Source of the DNA: an uncultured delta proteobacterium
GTDB taxonomy: Bacteria > Myxococcota_A > Polyangia > Palsa-1104
Direction of reading: 5' to 3'
DNA: 64,000 nucleotides
Assembly (NCBI GenBank): GCA_963785725.1
Contig: CAWAWS010000037.1
Span: forward strand, 1 to 64,000
Shown here: one piece after another, positions 1-9,974 of the stretch
How positions within the stretch are numbered: the first letter of the stretch is position 1
Layout of the letters: the number at the start of each line of letters is the position of its first letter
Program-made: the position numbers and the translations under genes
Notes under the pieces: model-generated
Seen by the model: the letters and a program-made list of their open reading frames with translations, nothing else
Told to the model about the DNA's origin: nothing
The model's database searches: none

Positions 1-7
1 GACGCAT

Positions 8-331
8 TCACAGGCGGCGGACGCCGAGCCCGAAGCACGGCAGCCCGTCCGAATCGGAGAACGCCGCTTCCACGAGTGCGCCATTGCGTTCGTCGAGCTG
101 GAAACCAACGCCGCCCAAGCGCGTCGACTCGCGGCGCACGGTGGCCAGAAGGCCGAGCTCGGCGAGCGCGCCGACGCCGGCCGGCAAGATGCCCTCGCCG
201 CAGGCTTTGTCGCGCGGAAAGCGGCCGCGATCGAGCAGCAACACCTCGAGCCCGCGCTTGGCGCAGGCGATGGCGGTGGCGCAGCCGGCGGGCCCGGCGC
301 CGGCAATCAGCACGTCGGTGGCTATATTCAT
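8..331 (-). CDS. FAD-dependent oxidoreductase (geranylgeranyl reductase-like), N-terminal 107 aa only
   Basis: DVLIAGAGPAG Rossmann motif and FPRDKACGEGI motif; TGA at 10-8, far short of normal family length. Confidence 0.7.
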   Translation of the reverse strand: MNIATDVLIAGAGPAGCATAIACAKRGLEVLLLDRGRFPRDKACGEGILPAGVGALAELGLLATVRRESTRLGGVGFQLDERNGALVEAAFSDSDGLPCFGLGVRRL

Positions 332-667
332 GGCGTCACACTTCCCCAAGGCAGCGCGCGTGGACGCTCGAGACGGAGCCGCGCAGCGTCGCGCGGCGGC
401 CGACACGAGCGGAGATTCGGACGCACCATCGGTGTGGGCCACTGCAAGCGGCGCACCGCCATCGTCTCCCGTCGACGTACCGGTCCGGGCGGGAAACCCT
501 TGCGCGCATGACGACGGCGCCGTGACGTTCGCGCTTCGTTGGGCGCAAAGCCCACAGAGGCGATGGCCGAGGAGGCTCGCCGCGTCGACGGGCGCTTGCC
601 TTACAGGTGGGCAACTTGCTATCGTGTCGAGCGGCAACGCCTTTGGGGGGCGAAGGAGTCTGCGTCA

Positions 668-1072
668 ATGACCGACGAAAGCCGCCCCGCGGGGGCGGCC
701 GGCCTGCCCGGAAAGCGGCCGCTCGTGCTGGTAGTGGATGACGACGCGGACATCGCCGATTCGATCGGTGACGTGCTGCGCGGCGGCGGCTATGACGTCG
801 AGCAGGTCGGCGACGGCACGGCGGCGCTGCTGGCGGCGGCGCGCATGCGACCCGGTCTCATCCTGCTCGACTGGCGGCTGCCGTCGGAGCCGGCGGGCTC
901 GGCGCTGGTGCGCAAGCTGCGCGACGCCTGTGGTCGCGCGGTGCCGGTCGTCGTGTTGTCGGCGGATCCGCAGTCGCTGCACGAGGCGCGCGCCGCTCAA
1001 GTCGCCGACTATCTGCCCAAGCCCTTCGACGTCCAGGATCTACTGCAGCTCGTCGACGAACACTGCGGCTGA
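668..1072 (+). CDS. Single-domain response regulator (REC)
   Basis: VLVVDDD...LILLDWRLP...YLPKPF; AAGGAG SD before ATG 668. Confidence 0.9.
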   Translation: MTDESRPAGAAGLPGKRPLVLVVDDDADIADSIGDVLRGGGYDVEQVGDGTAALLAAARMRPGLILLDWRLPSEPAGSALVRKLRDACGRAVPVVVLSADPQSLHEARAAQVADYLPKPFDVQDLLQLVDEHCG

Positions 1073-1423
1073 ACGCCACGCCGCGATCGCCGCCGCCGCA
1101 TCTTTCGCGCGCACCCAAAGGTAATCGGTCTCGAACGTCGACAGCGCGAACAGGCTGATCTGCGCGTCGGCGAGCGGCTGCGTCAGGCGCGCGAGAATGC
1201 CGGTGAGCGCGAAGTCGAGCGTGCCTTCGACGCGCCAGCCGACGAAGTCGCGCTCGGCGGTGACGCCGGCGGGCACGGCGTCGTCGGCGCAGACGATCGA
1301 CAGCTCGCGATCGCTGCGCGTGATCGACACGACGGCGCCGCGCGCCCAAGCCGGCACCGCCGCGTCGCACGGCAAGCGCGCCACCGCGTAGCGACCGGGC
1401 AGCGCGCGCAGCTCGAGCGTCAC
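1040..1423 (-). CDS. ACT-domain protein (ACT_7-like)
   Basis: SITRSDRELSIVC, GTLDFALTGILA, FALSTFETDYL; GTG start overlaps upstream stop (GTGA). Confidence 0.85.
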   Translation of the reverse strand: MTLELRALPGRYAVARLPCDAAVPAWARGAVVSITRSDRELSIVCADDAVPAGVTAERDFVGWRVEGTLDFALTGILARLTQPLADAQISLFALSTFETDYLWVRAKDAAAAIAAWRSAAVFVDELQ

Positions 1424-2610
1424 ACGAGGTCGCGCAGCGCGGCGATCAGCCGCTCGACGTCCTCTTCGTCGTTGAAGAGGTGCGCCGACGCGCGCAGCGT
1501 GCCGTCGAGGTGAATGCGATGATGGAGGATGTGCGCGCAGTGGAAGCCGCCGGACACGAGGATTCCGTGCGAATCGGCCAGCAGCCGCCCGATGTTGGCC
1601 TGCGTCATCGACGGCACCGGCAGCGAAATCGTACAGAGCGCCACGCGCTGATTCGCCGGCACATGCGCGCCGAGCACGCGCGCGCCGGGCAGCGCGCGCA
1701 AGCCTTCGACCATCTGCGCGCCCAGCGCCTGCGAATGCTTGGCGATCTCGCTCAGCTTGGCCGCGCGCACGTAATCGATGGCGGCGCCGAAGCCGATCGC
1801 GCCTTCGATGTTGGGCGTGCCGGCCTCGTAGCGGAACGGCGCCTCGCGCACTTCGTAGCGATCTTCGCCGTGATAATTGACCATGCCGCCGCCGACGTTC
1901 CACAGCTGCAGCTTCTCGAAGCGATCTTTGCGCACGTACAGCACGCCCACGCCCGACGGGCCGAAGATCTTGTGCGACGAAAACGCCATGAAGTCGCAGT
2001 CGAGCTGCTTGACGTCGATCGGCAAGTGCGACACCGACTGCGACGCGTCGACCATCACCGGCACGCCGGCGGCGTGCGCCGTCGCGATCCACTCTTCGAC
2101 GGGCGCGACGACGCCGGTCACGTTCGAGACGTGCGCCAGCGTCACCAGCTTCGTCTGCTTCGTCAGCCGCTCCTTCAGCTGCTGATAGCGCGGCACCGCT
2201 TCGTCATCGATGTCGACGAGCACCGTCTTGGCCTTGAGGCGCCACGGCATGTAGTTCGAGTGATGCTCGCTGGCCGGGAACACGACCTCGTCCTCGTGGC
2301 CGAGCCCGAGCCCTTGCGCCACCAAGTTGAACGACTCGGTGGCGTTCCGCGTGAAGACGATCTCGTGCGGCGACGCGCCGATCAGCTGCGCCACCGCCAG
2401 TCGAGCCCGCTCGTACGCCTGCGTCGACGACTCGCCGAGCGGATGCACGCCACGATGCACGTTGGCGCCCATCTGCGTGTAGTAGCGCGTGACCGCGTCG
2501 ATGACGGCGCGCGGCTTGGGCGTCGTCGAGGCCGAGTCGAGGTAGGTGATCGGCATGCCGTCGACTTCTTGGGTCAACAGCGGGAAGTCGGACTTGTATT
2601 TCGAGCTCAT
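1420..2610 (-). CDS. Cysteine desulfurase-like PLP enzyme, SufS/group II type
   Basis: YLDSAST, ANVHRG, EHHSN, DASQS, SSHK (PLP Lys), EAGTPN, GFHCA. Confidence 0.9.
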   Translation of the reverse strand: MSSKYKSDFPLLTQEVDGMPITYLDSASTTPKPRAVIDAVTRYYTQMGANVHRGVHPLGESSTQAYERARLAVAQLIGASPHEIVFTRNATESFNLVAQGLGLGHEDEVVFPASEHHSNYMPWRLKAKTVLVDIDDEAVPRYQQLKERLTKQTKLVTLAHVSNVTGVVAPVEEWIATAHAAGVPVMVDASQSVSHLPIDVKQLDCDFMAFSSHKIFGPSGVGVLYVRKDRFEKLQLWNVGGGMVNYHGEDRYEVREAPFRYEAGTPNIEGAIGFGAAIDYVRAAKLSEIAKHSQALGAQMVEGLRALPGARVLGAHVPANQRVALCTISLPVPSMTQANIGRLLADSHGILVSGGFHCAHILHHRIHLDGTLRASAHLFNDEEDVERLIAALRDLV

Positions 2611-3893
2611 GACGCGCGGACGATACGATATTTGCCGCTCGCTTCGGGCTGAATCAGCGGTGTCGCGCGCGACTCGACCGGCGCGCCCAGCACGGCGCTG
2701 ACGGCGGCCGCGGCCGTGGCGCCGCCGTCCTTGCCGCCGACCGCGTGCAGGATCCACGGCTGCTCATCGCCGCCGCGCTGCAGCTGCCATTGGACGATGG
2801 TGGCGTCGGCGCCGTCGACGACGTCGTCGAGGCCGGCGGGCGTGAACAGCCTGCCGTCGACTTCGACGGCGTCGTTGGCGCGGCCTTCGATGCGCGCGAG
2901 CGTGTAGCCTTCGTCACCGTGCCCGCAGCCGCAAGCGCCCGCGGCGACGCGCACCAAATCGCCGATGTCGTAGCGCAAGAGCGGCATCCAGGTGCGGCCG
3001 AGCGTGGTGACGACGACGCGCGCGAGGCCGTCGCCGACGTCGAGCAGCTCGACGTGGGAATGGCGCGCATTGTGATGCAGTCGCTGGTGCGTGCACTCCA
3101 TGAAGAGCACGCCGGCTTCCGTGGCGCCGTACAAGTCGTAGACGCCCGTCGCCGGCAGCGCGGCGGCGATGGCGCGCCGCGCCGAGCGCGTCGCCTGCTC
3201 GTACGTCAGCGTCACGAACGTCGGGTTATGCAGCGCGATGCCGCGGCCGGTCGCCCAACGACACAGCGCCGCCAAATATTGCGGATCGGACTCGACGCCG
3301 TCGGGCTTCAGGTCATTCCACTCGGCGACCATGCGGCCGAGCTCGGCCTCGTTCCACAGCGACGGATCGGCCACTTGGTTCAGGAACAGCATGCCGTCGA
3401 CGGTGCGTTCGGCGAGGCTGAGCGTGCCGATGTGACACGTGGAGCCGCCGCACACCGGCGTCGTCAGCACCGCCTCGCGAAAGCCGGGCTGCAGCGTCGT
3501 CGCCACGCGCGCATTGAGCCGCATCGCCTCGCGCTCCTGCGGATCCCACCACGACCACTCCCACAAGACCTGCAGGCGACTCTCGGTCGTGCCCGACGTG
3601 GCGATGATCTCGACCTCACCGGCCTGCATCGCCGCTTTGACGTCGCAGGATTTACGCACCAGCGACTTGGGAAAGCCGCGCCGCAGCTCGCGTTTGGCCA
3701 CGGTCGGCAGCGTCGCCAGCCAGGCGGCGATGGCCTCCGGCGCGCCCGAATCGGGCGCCGGCGTCCGGCCGGCATAGAGCGGCACCTCGTCGATCATCCG
3801 CATCGCTTCGTCGCGCACGCGCTGCCAATGCTCACGCGAATGAGACGGCGGCGGAAGAATCGGGTAGGTGCGCTTCGCGGCTTGGGACAGCAT
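2607..3893 (-). CDS. Phenylacetate-CoA ligase/CapK-like adenylate-forming enzyme
   Basis: ATSGTT P-loop, YGATE, MPLLRYDIGD, IEGRAND. Confidence 0.85.
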   Translation of the reverse strand: MLSQAAKRTYPILPPPSHSREHWQRVRDEAMRMIDEVPLYAGRTPAPDSGAPEAIAAWLATLPTVAKRELRRGFPKSLVRKSCDVKAAMQAGEVEIIATSGTTESRLQVLWEWSWWDPQEREAMRLNARVATTLQPGFREAVLTTPVCGGSTCHIGTLSLAERTVDGMLFLNQVADPSLWNEAELGRMVAEWNDLKPDGVESDPQYLAALCRWATGRGIALHNPTFVTLTYEQATRSARRAIAAALPATGVYDLYGATEAGVLFMECTHQRLHHNARHSHVELLDVGDGLARVVVTTLGRTWMPLLRYDIGDLVRVAAGACGCGHGDEGYTLARIEGRANDAVEVDGRLFTPAGLDDVVDGADATIVQWQLQRGGDEQPWILHAVGGKDGGATAAAAVSAVLGAPVESRATPLIQPEASGKYRIVRAS

Positions 3894-3988
3894 GCCGAAA
3901 GTCTAAATCAGCGAGCCCGAACCTGCACTGCCTTTGGCGGCGCAGGATCGACGCTGATTTGGGATCGAGGTCGTTTAGTATGCGCAGC

Positions 3989-4639
3989 ATGGGTCCCGCC
4001 ATCCTGATCGCGTCTTCGCAATCGGCCGACCGGTTTCACGACCGCGCCTTCGCGCTCGCGTCCAAGCATCCGTCGGTGGCGTGGATCGGCGCCGCGCACG
4101 GCGACACGCCCGGCGGCTTTACGCGCACCGCCGCCTTCCTCGGCAAACGCTACGGCGCCACGGTGTTGCACGCGCACTGCGACCGAGTCGACGAGGCGCG
4201 CAAGATCGTCGCCGGCGCCGACCTCGTCTACTTGGGCGGCGGTGACGTGCGCCTCCTGACCGATCGACTGCGCTCGGCCGGGCTCGACGAGACCATCCGT
4301 CGCCGCCACGCCGACGGCGCCGTCGTGCTCGGCGTCTCCGCCGGCGCCATCGCGCTCACGCCCTGTTGGATCGACTTCCCCGACGAAGAGGGCCCGCCCG
4401 TGCGCTTCACCTGCTTGGGCGCCGTGAACATCGCCATCGACGCCCACGACGAGGACAGCGACTGGGAAGAGCTGCGCGCGCTCTTGGCCGTGTGGGGCGA
4501 AGAAGCGCCCGACGCCGTCGTCGAGGCCTACGGTATTCCGACCAGCGGCGCGCTCGAGCTCGACGGCCAGGGCACGGTGACGACGCTCGGTCGCGCACCG
4601 AAGCGCCTGCGCCTCGACCACGGCCGCGTCATCGAGTAG
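3989..4639 (+). CDS. Peptidase S51 (dipeptidase E/cyanophycinase-like, class I GATase fold)
   Basis: VYLGGGD, GVSAGA nucleophile elbow, IDAH. Confidence 0.8.
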   Translation: MGPAILIASSQSADRFHDRAFALASKHPSVAWIGAAHGDTPGGFTRTAAFLGKRYGATVLHAHCDRVDEARKIVAGADLVYLGGGDVRLLTDRLRSAGLDETIRRRHADGAVVLGVSAGAIALTPCWIDFPDEEGPPVRFTCLGAVNIAIDAHDEDSDWEELRALLAVWGEEAPDAVVEAYGIPTSGALELDGQGTVTTLGRAPKRLRLDHGRVIE

Positions 4640-4649
4640 CGTCTAACGC

Positions 4650-5849
4650 ATGAACGCCGTCGTCATCGATGTCTTGCGCACGCCCATCGGTCGCTTTCGC
4701 GGCGGCCTCTCGACCATTCGTCCCGACGATTTGGCGGCGCTGGTCTTGGCCGAGCTCGTCGCCCGCCACAAAGTGCCCGCCGACGAGATCGACGACGTCA
4801 TTCTCGGCTGCGCCAACCAGGCCGGCGAAGACAACCGCAACGTCGCGCGCATGGCGCTGCTGTTGGCCGGCCTGCCGCAGTCGGTGTCGGGCGTGACCGT
4901 CAATCGCTTGTGCGGCTCGGGTCTGGAGGCGGTGTTGTCGGCGGCGCGCGCCATCGAGGCCGGCCAAGGCGACCTCTTCATCGCCGGCGGCGTGGAGTCG
5001 ATGACGCGCGCGCCGTTCGCCATGCCCAAGTCGAATTCGCCGTGGCCCAACGGCAACGTCACCGTCTACGACACGTCGCTCGGCTGGCGCTTCCCGAACG
5101 AGCGCATGAAGAAGCTGTTTCCGCTGGAGTCGATGGGCGAGACCGCCGAGAACCTCGTCGACAAATATGGGATTACGCGCGTCGAGCAGGACCAATTCGC
5201 GCTCGAGTCGCAGCAAAAGGCCGTGCGCGCGCAAGAAGCCGGCAAATTCAGCGACGAGATCATCGCGGTGACCATCCCCGGCGCGAAAAAGGGCGAGACC
5301 CTACAGCTGACCAAGGATGAAGGGCCGCGCGGCGACACGACGCTGGAGAAGCTGGCGCGCCTCGAGCCCGTGTTTCGGCCCGGCGGCAGCGTCACGGCCG
5401 GCAATTCGTCGCCGCTCAACGACGGCGCCGCGGCCGTGCTCGTGTGCTCGGCCGAGCGCGCGCAGCGCATGGGCTGGAAGCCTCTCGCGCGCATCGTCGC
5501 CGGCGCGACGGCCGGCGTCGACCCGCGCACGATGGGCATCGGTCCGGTGCCGGCGACGCACAAGGCGCTCACACGAGCCGGCTGGACGCTCGCCGACGTC
5601 GATCTGGCCGAGCTGAACGAGGCCTTCGCCGCGCAGGCCTTGGCCTGTCTGCGCGAGCTGCCGATCGCCCGCGATCGCGTCAACGTCAACGGCGGCGCCA
5701 TCGCCATCGGCCATCCGCTCGGCTGTTCGGGCGCGCGCCTCGTCGGCGGCCTGGTCCACGAGCTGCGCCGGCAGGGCAAAAAGCGCGGTCTGGCGGCGAT
5801 GTGCATCGGAGTCGGACAAGGAATCGCGGGACTGCTCGAGCTGGTGTAA
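4650..5849 (+). CDS. Acetyl-CoA C-acyltransferase (3-oxoadipyl-CoA thiolase PcaF/PaaJ-like)
   Basis: [38 protein letters not shown]. Confidence 0.95.
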   Translation: MNAVVIDVLRTPIGRFRGGLSTIRPDDLAALVLAELVARHKVPADEIDDVILGCANQAGEDNRNVARMALLLAGLPQSVSGVTVNRLCGSGLEAVLSAARAIEAGQGDLFIAGGVESMTRAPFAMPKSNSPWPNGNVTVYDTSLGWRFPNERMKKLFPLESMGETAENLVDKYGITRVEQDQFALESQQKAVRAQEAGKFSDEIIAVTIPGAKKGETLQLTKDEGPRGDTTLEKLARLEPVFRPGGSVTAGNSSPLNDGAAAVLVCSAERAQRMGWKPLARIVAGATAGVDPRTMGIGPVPATHKALTRAGWTLADVDLAELNEAFAAQALACLRELPIARDRVNVNGGAIAIGHPLGCSGARLVGGLVHELRRQGKKRGLAAMCIGVGQGIAGLLELV

Positions 5850-5861
5850 GATGGCGGGCTG

Positions 5862-7280
5862 ATGGCCAACCGTCCGACCGGTCGCAGCACGCTGCGCGGC
5901 CGCTTCGAGATCAATGAGAAGATTGGCGAGGGCGGCTTCGCGACCGTTTACCGCGCCAAAGAGGTGACCACGGGCAAAGTGGTCGCGCTCAAGCTCCTCA
6001 AGGACGCCTATCTCAAAGACGAAGAGGTCGTCGAGCGGTTCCGCCGCGAAGTCTTCGCCGTCGCCTCGATCAACTCGCCCTATGTCGTGAAGATGCATGA
6101 TTTCGGCATCTCGGGCGCCGAAGTCTTCATCGCGATGGAGTACGTCGAAGGGCCGACGCTGCGCGAGGTCATGCACGAGCGGCCGTGGAGCGCCAACGAC
6201 ATCCACGTCATCGTCGGCCAGATCGCGCAGGCGCTGGCGGCGGCGCATCGCCAGAACATCGTGCACCGCGATCTGAAGCCGGAGAACGTCATTCTCGTCG
6301 GTGAAAACGCCAAAGGCAGCCATCGCCAGGTCAAGGTGCTCGACTTCGGGCTGGCGAAATTGGCCGAGCTCGAGCGCAAGCTGGAGCTGGAGCCGCTGAC
6401 CCGCGCCGGCATGTGCTTCGGAACGCCGCAATACATGTCGCCCGAGCAGATCCAAGGCAAGCCGATCGACGGCTCGGCCGACGTCTACGCGCTCGGCGTC
6501 ATCGCTTACGAGATGATCGCCGGCCTGTTGCCGTGGGACGGCGCCGATTCGCGCGAGATCCTGCTCTCCGTCATCAAACAGCCGGCGCCGCGGATCTTGC
6601 GGGCGCGCGCCGAGGTCAAGCGGCTCGACGAGCTCAATCGCTTCCTGCAGCGCGCGCTGGCCAAGGACAAAAAAGATCGTCCGCGCGACGCCGCCGAGTT
6701 CTTCAAGGAGTTCGAGATCGCGCTCTTCGGCGCCAGTCGACCGGCGGCCAAGCCGAAGCAAAAGGTCGACGCCAAGGACGAAGTGTTCGCGTCGGTGTTC
6801 GCGGCGTCGATCGAGCTGCCGGCCGTGCTCTTGTCGTCGGGCCACACCGACTTCGGCGACACCGTGGTCGAGACGATGCCGGGCGAATATCCGATCGAGC
6901 CGACGATGGGCGGCGGCGGTCCCGGCATGCGCCGGCGGCAGCGGCTGAAGTCGGCGTGGATGATGAGCGTCGGCATGCAGGTCGTGCCCGAAATCAGCGG
7001 CGTCGGCGATCCGCGCGAAGATCCGTCGGGTCCGTTCTCGCACGCGCAGACGATGCCGCACCATTCGCCGCGGCGAAACGCCATCCCGTCGGAGGCGATG
7101 CCGCTGCCGCCGCTGGATTTTGCGCGTAAGCCGCAGCGCAAGGATTCCATCACCGACACCGTGCCGCCGCTGCAGCGCGGGCAGTCACGCGGCGTCCCGG
7201 TGTGGCTAGTCGCCTTCATGCTCGCGATAGTCGTAGTCGCGGCAGCCATCGGCTTTTTTCTGGGCAGGCGACCGCACTAG
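5862..7280 (+). CDS. Ser/Thr protein kinase with C-terminal TM helix
   Basis: IGEGGFATV, VALK, HRDLKPEN, DFG, GTPQYMSPE; hydrophobic C-terminus. Confidence 0.95.
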   Translation: MANRPTGRSTLRGRFEINEKIGEGGFATVYRAKEVTTGKVVALKLLKDAYLKDEEVVERFRREVFAVASINSPYVVKMHDFGISGAEVFIAMEYVEGPTLREVMHERPWSANDIHVIVGQIAQALAAAHRQNIVHRDLKPENVILVGENAKGSHRQVKVLDFGLAKLAELERKLELEPLTRAGMCFGTPQYMSPEQIQGKPIDGSADVYALGVIAYEMIAGLLPWDGADSREILLSVIKQPAPRILRARAEVKRLDELNRFLQRALAKDKKDRPRDAAEFFKEFEIALFGASRPAAKPKQKVDAKDEVFASVFAASIELPAVLLSSGHTDFGDTVVETMPGEYPIEPTMGGGGPGMRRRQRLKSAWMMSVGMQVVPEISGVGDPREDPSGPFSHAQTMPHHSPRRNAIPSEAMPLPPLDFARKPQRKDSITDTVPPLQRGQSRGVPVWLVAFMLAIVVVAAAIGFFLGRRPH

Positions 7281-7332
7281 GTGTTTGCGCTGCCCGCGCG
7301 GCAGCGCAAACAAACCCGGCCGTCAGCGTTAC

Positions 7333-8358
7333 TTACGCGTACACCCGAACCGGCGTCGTCCCCATCGCCACGCGCAGCCTTGTCCTGCTGCCGTCTTGCA
7401 GGTCGCCGCCGATTTGCACCGGCACTGGGCGCTCGACGCGAATTTCCACTGACGTGCACAAGAAGTCGTGCAGTTGCGGCGAGCGATATTCGCCGCGGAA
7501 GACGGCCGGCAAATTGCGCAGCGTTTCGTACGCGGTCGCCGTCGCCGTGCGCAGCTGGAAGCGGCCTTCGCGGGCGTCGCAGAACGGGAACATCTTCATG
7601 CCCAACCCGAAATTGGGGATGGTCGAGCAGCTGGCGATCGACGCGCGGCCACGCCAAACGACTTGGCCCGTCCCGATCGCGTCGTCCTCGACGATGCGGC
7701 CGGTCTTCCAGTCGATCGGAAATACCGGCGCGCCCGTGTTGACGACCTCGATGAGCGGCAGCTGCGACAGCATGAAGCGCGGCGTCGAGCGGAAGCCGAC
7801 CGTCATCGCGTAGCGCGGCGCCGCGCCGATGGCGCCGGCGAACGGACCGGCGACCTTGTCGATCACTTTGCTGACGATGCCGAGATCTTCCAAGATCTGC
7901 GCGTCGAGGCCGCAGCCGGCGAAGGGCGTCAGCTTGCCGTCGACTTCGAGCAGCGACAGCTCGCGCGGACGCGCGGCGCGGCGCGCGCGGCCGAGATCGT
8001 GCGCCAAGCCGTCGGGCGTCGGGCGCGAGGCGCCGAGGCAGTCGGCGAGCGCGTTGCCGGTGCCGAGGCGCAACACGCCGACCGACGGCAGCGCCTGACC
8101 GCGCCGGCGCGATTCGGCCGCCACGTCGGAGAGGCACTGCACGAACGTGCCGTCGCCGCCGCCGAGCAAGATGGTGTCGTAAGCGCGCTCGACGACACGG
8201 GCGGCGATCTGCCGGCTGTGGTCCAGGCTGCGCGAAAGATACAAATCATGAGGCGGGACGAGATCTTGAAGATCGTCGATGACCCGTTGACGCACCCCGC
8301 GCGCGTTCTCGTTCACGATCACGGCGACACGTTGGCGGGCACCTGCTTGCAACAGCAT
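7333..8358 (-). CDS. Diacylglycerol/lipid kinase family protein
   Basis: VIVNENA, GGGDGT, LGTGNA, GCGLDA, QIGGD; GGAGG SD before ATG 8358. Confidence 0.85.
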   Translation of the reverse strand: MLLQAGARQRVAVIVNENARGVRQRVIDDLQDLVPPHDLYLSRSLDHSRQIAARVVERAYDTILLGGGDGTFVQCLSDVAAESRRRGQALPSVGVLRLGTGNALADCLGASRPTPDGLAHDLGRARRAARPRELSLLEVDGKLTPFAGCGLDAQILEDLGIVSKVIDKVAGPFAGAIGAAPRYAMTVGFRSTPRFMLSQLPLIEVVNTGAPVFPIDWKTGRIVEDDAIGTGQVVWRGRASIASCSTIPNFGLGMKMFPFCDAREGRFQLRTATATAYETLRNLPAVFRGEYRSPQLHDFLCTSVEIRVERPVPVQIGGDLQDGSRTRLRVAMGTTPVRVYA

Positions 8359-8392
8359 TCGGCGGTCCTCCGGTGTTCGACCGCGTGGCCAG

Positions 8393-8408
8393 TGCAGGAG
8401 CTGCACCA
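8393..8408 (-). promoter_or_regulatory. Putative sigma54 (-24/-12) promoter of the lipid kinase gene
   Basis: TGGTGCAGCTCCTGCA on minus strand (GG-N10-GC). Confidence 0.4.
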
Positions 8409-8586
8409 AGGCGCGCACATTCGTCACGAACGTGTTTCTCGATAGTTGCAATGGTGCATGACACCCCGATGACGCGCTGCGCTGCGTTGCTAGGGTGGCA
8501 GTGCGAAGCGCTTTACGCAGCGTGCATTGACTAGCTGCGTCGTCCGCTTCTCGCGACGTTGTCGGCGACCCGGGCTATGATGTCGC

Positions 8587-9957
8587 GTGCCCGTTCAGAT
8601 CGGCGAGCGCTACCGCGATCGCTACGAGGTCATCGAGCGCATCGGAGAAGGCGCCTTCGCCTACGTTTTTCGCGCGCGCGAGCCGGCGGCCGGTCGCGAC
8701 GTCGCGCTCAAGGTGCTCAAAGAGCCCTATCGGCAAGTGCGCGACGTCGTCGAGCGCTTTCAGCGCGAGGTCTTCGCCGTCGCCACGATCAACTCGCCGC
8801 ACGTCGTGTCGCTGCTCGATTTTGGCTTCGCCGACGACGAGTTCTTCATCGTCATGGAGTTCGTGCGCGGCATGTCGCTGCGTCAGCTGATGATGTCGGA
8901 GCCGTGGGCGCCCGAAGACGCGCTCGTCGTGCTCGGTCAGATCGCGCACGCGCTGGCGGCGGCGCACAAGCATCAGATCGTGCACCGCGATCTGAAGCCC
9001 GAGAACGTGATGCTCGTCGAGAACGATGGGCTGTGGCAGGCCAAGGTGCTCGACTTCGGCTTTGCCAAGCTGGCCGACTTGGAGCGCACGCTCGATCTCG
9101 AGCCGATCACGCGCGTCGGCTTTTGCTTCGGCACGCCGCAATATCTGTCGCCCGAGCAGATCCGCGGCTTCAGCGTCGACGGCGGCGCCGATCTGTTCGC
9201 GCTCGGCGTCATCGCCTACGAGATGCTCGTCGGACGGCGGCCGTGGGACGGCGCCGATCCGCGCGCGGTGATGACGGCGGTCTTGCGCACGCTGCCGCCG
9301 CCGGCGTTGACGCTGCATCCGTCGCTGCGCTCGCGTATCGAAGAGGTGAACCGCTTCTTGTTGCGCGCGCTCGAGAAGGAGCGCAAGCAGCGGCCGGTCG
9401 ACGCGGTGGCGTTCTTCGAGGAGCTGCAGACCGCGCTCTTCGGCGGCGCGGCGGCCGCGCGCACGGCGCTGGCGGGCGCGCGACCGGTCACGCAGATGGA
9501 CGACGTGACCTCGCGTTCGATCGTTCTCAAGCCGTCGCCGGAGCTGGCGCAGCGGCGCTTCGACGCCACCGAGCTCGACGTCGACATCAACGGCGCGGCG
9601 GCCATCGATGACCGCTCGACGACGCAGTTCAAGACGCAGCGCAGTCACAATGGTCGCGACACCGTACGCGAATCGGCGCTCGACTCGACCAAGCACGTCG
9701 TCGACAAGCCGTCGGACATCCCGATCTTCGTTGCCAGCTCGGACGCGCGCTTGCCGTCGCAGTATCTGCCGCGCATCGACGCCATCGACATGATCGAGAT
9801 CGAAGACTCGGTGCCGTCGCCGCTGGCGCTGCCGATGACGACGGCGCGGGTCGTGAAGCAGCCGCCGAGTCGCTGGCGGATTCGCGCACTGTGGACGGTG
9901 CTGGTGCTGCTGCTGCTGGCGCTGGCGTTCGCGCTCGGCCGCTGGGGGAAGTTCTAA
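8587..9957 (+). CDS. Ser/Thr protein kinase with C-terminal TM helix (paralogue of 5862-7280)
   Basis: IGEGAFAYV, HRDLKPEN, DFG, CFGTPQYLSPE; C-terminal TM. Confidence 0.95.
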   Translation: MPVQIGERYRDRYEVIERIGEGAFAYVFRAREPAAGRDVALKVLKEPYRQVRDVVERFQREVFAVATINSPHVVSLLDFGFADDEFFIVMEFVRGMSLRQLMMSEPWAPEDALVVLGQIAHALAAAHKHQIVHRDLKPENVMLVENDGLWQAKVLDFGFAKLADLERTLDLEPITRVGFCFGTPQYLSPEQIRGFSVDGGADLFALGVIAYEMLVGRRPWDGADPRAVMTAVLRTLPPPALTLHPSLRSRIEEVNRFLLRALEKERKQRPVDAVAFFEELQTALFGGAAAARTALAGARPVTQMDDVTSRSIVLKPSPELAQRRFDATELDVDINGAAAIDDRSTTQFKTQRSHNGRDTVRESALDSTKHVVDKPSDIPIFVASSDARLPSQYLPRIDAIDMIEIEDSVPSPLALPMTTARVVKQPPSRWRIRALWTVLVLLLLALAFALGRWGKF

Positions 9958-9974
9958 TTTAGTCGCGCTGGCAG

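Noticed and set aside
488..602. GGGCGCAAAGCC...TTGCC resembling a c-di-GMP-I riboswitch
   Set aside because: No properly spaced GGCAAA or GNRA-capped P2 stem; it would need an Infernal hit to RF01051
1040..1072. 33-bp convergent overlap of the REC and ACT genes
   Set aside because: Common in GC-rich genomes; no further evidence of antisense control
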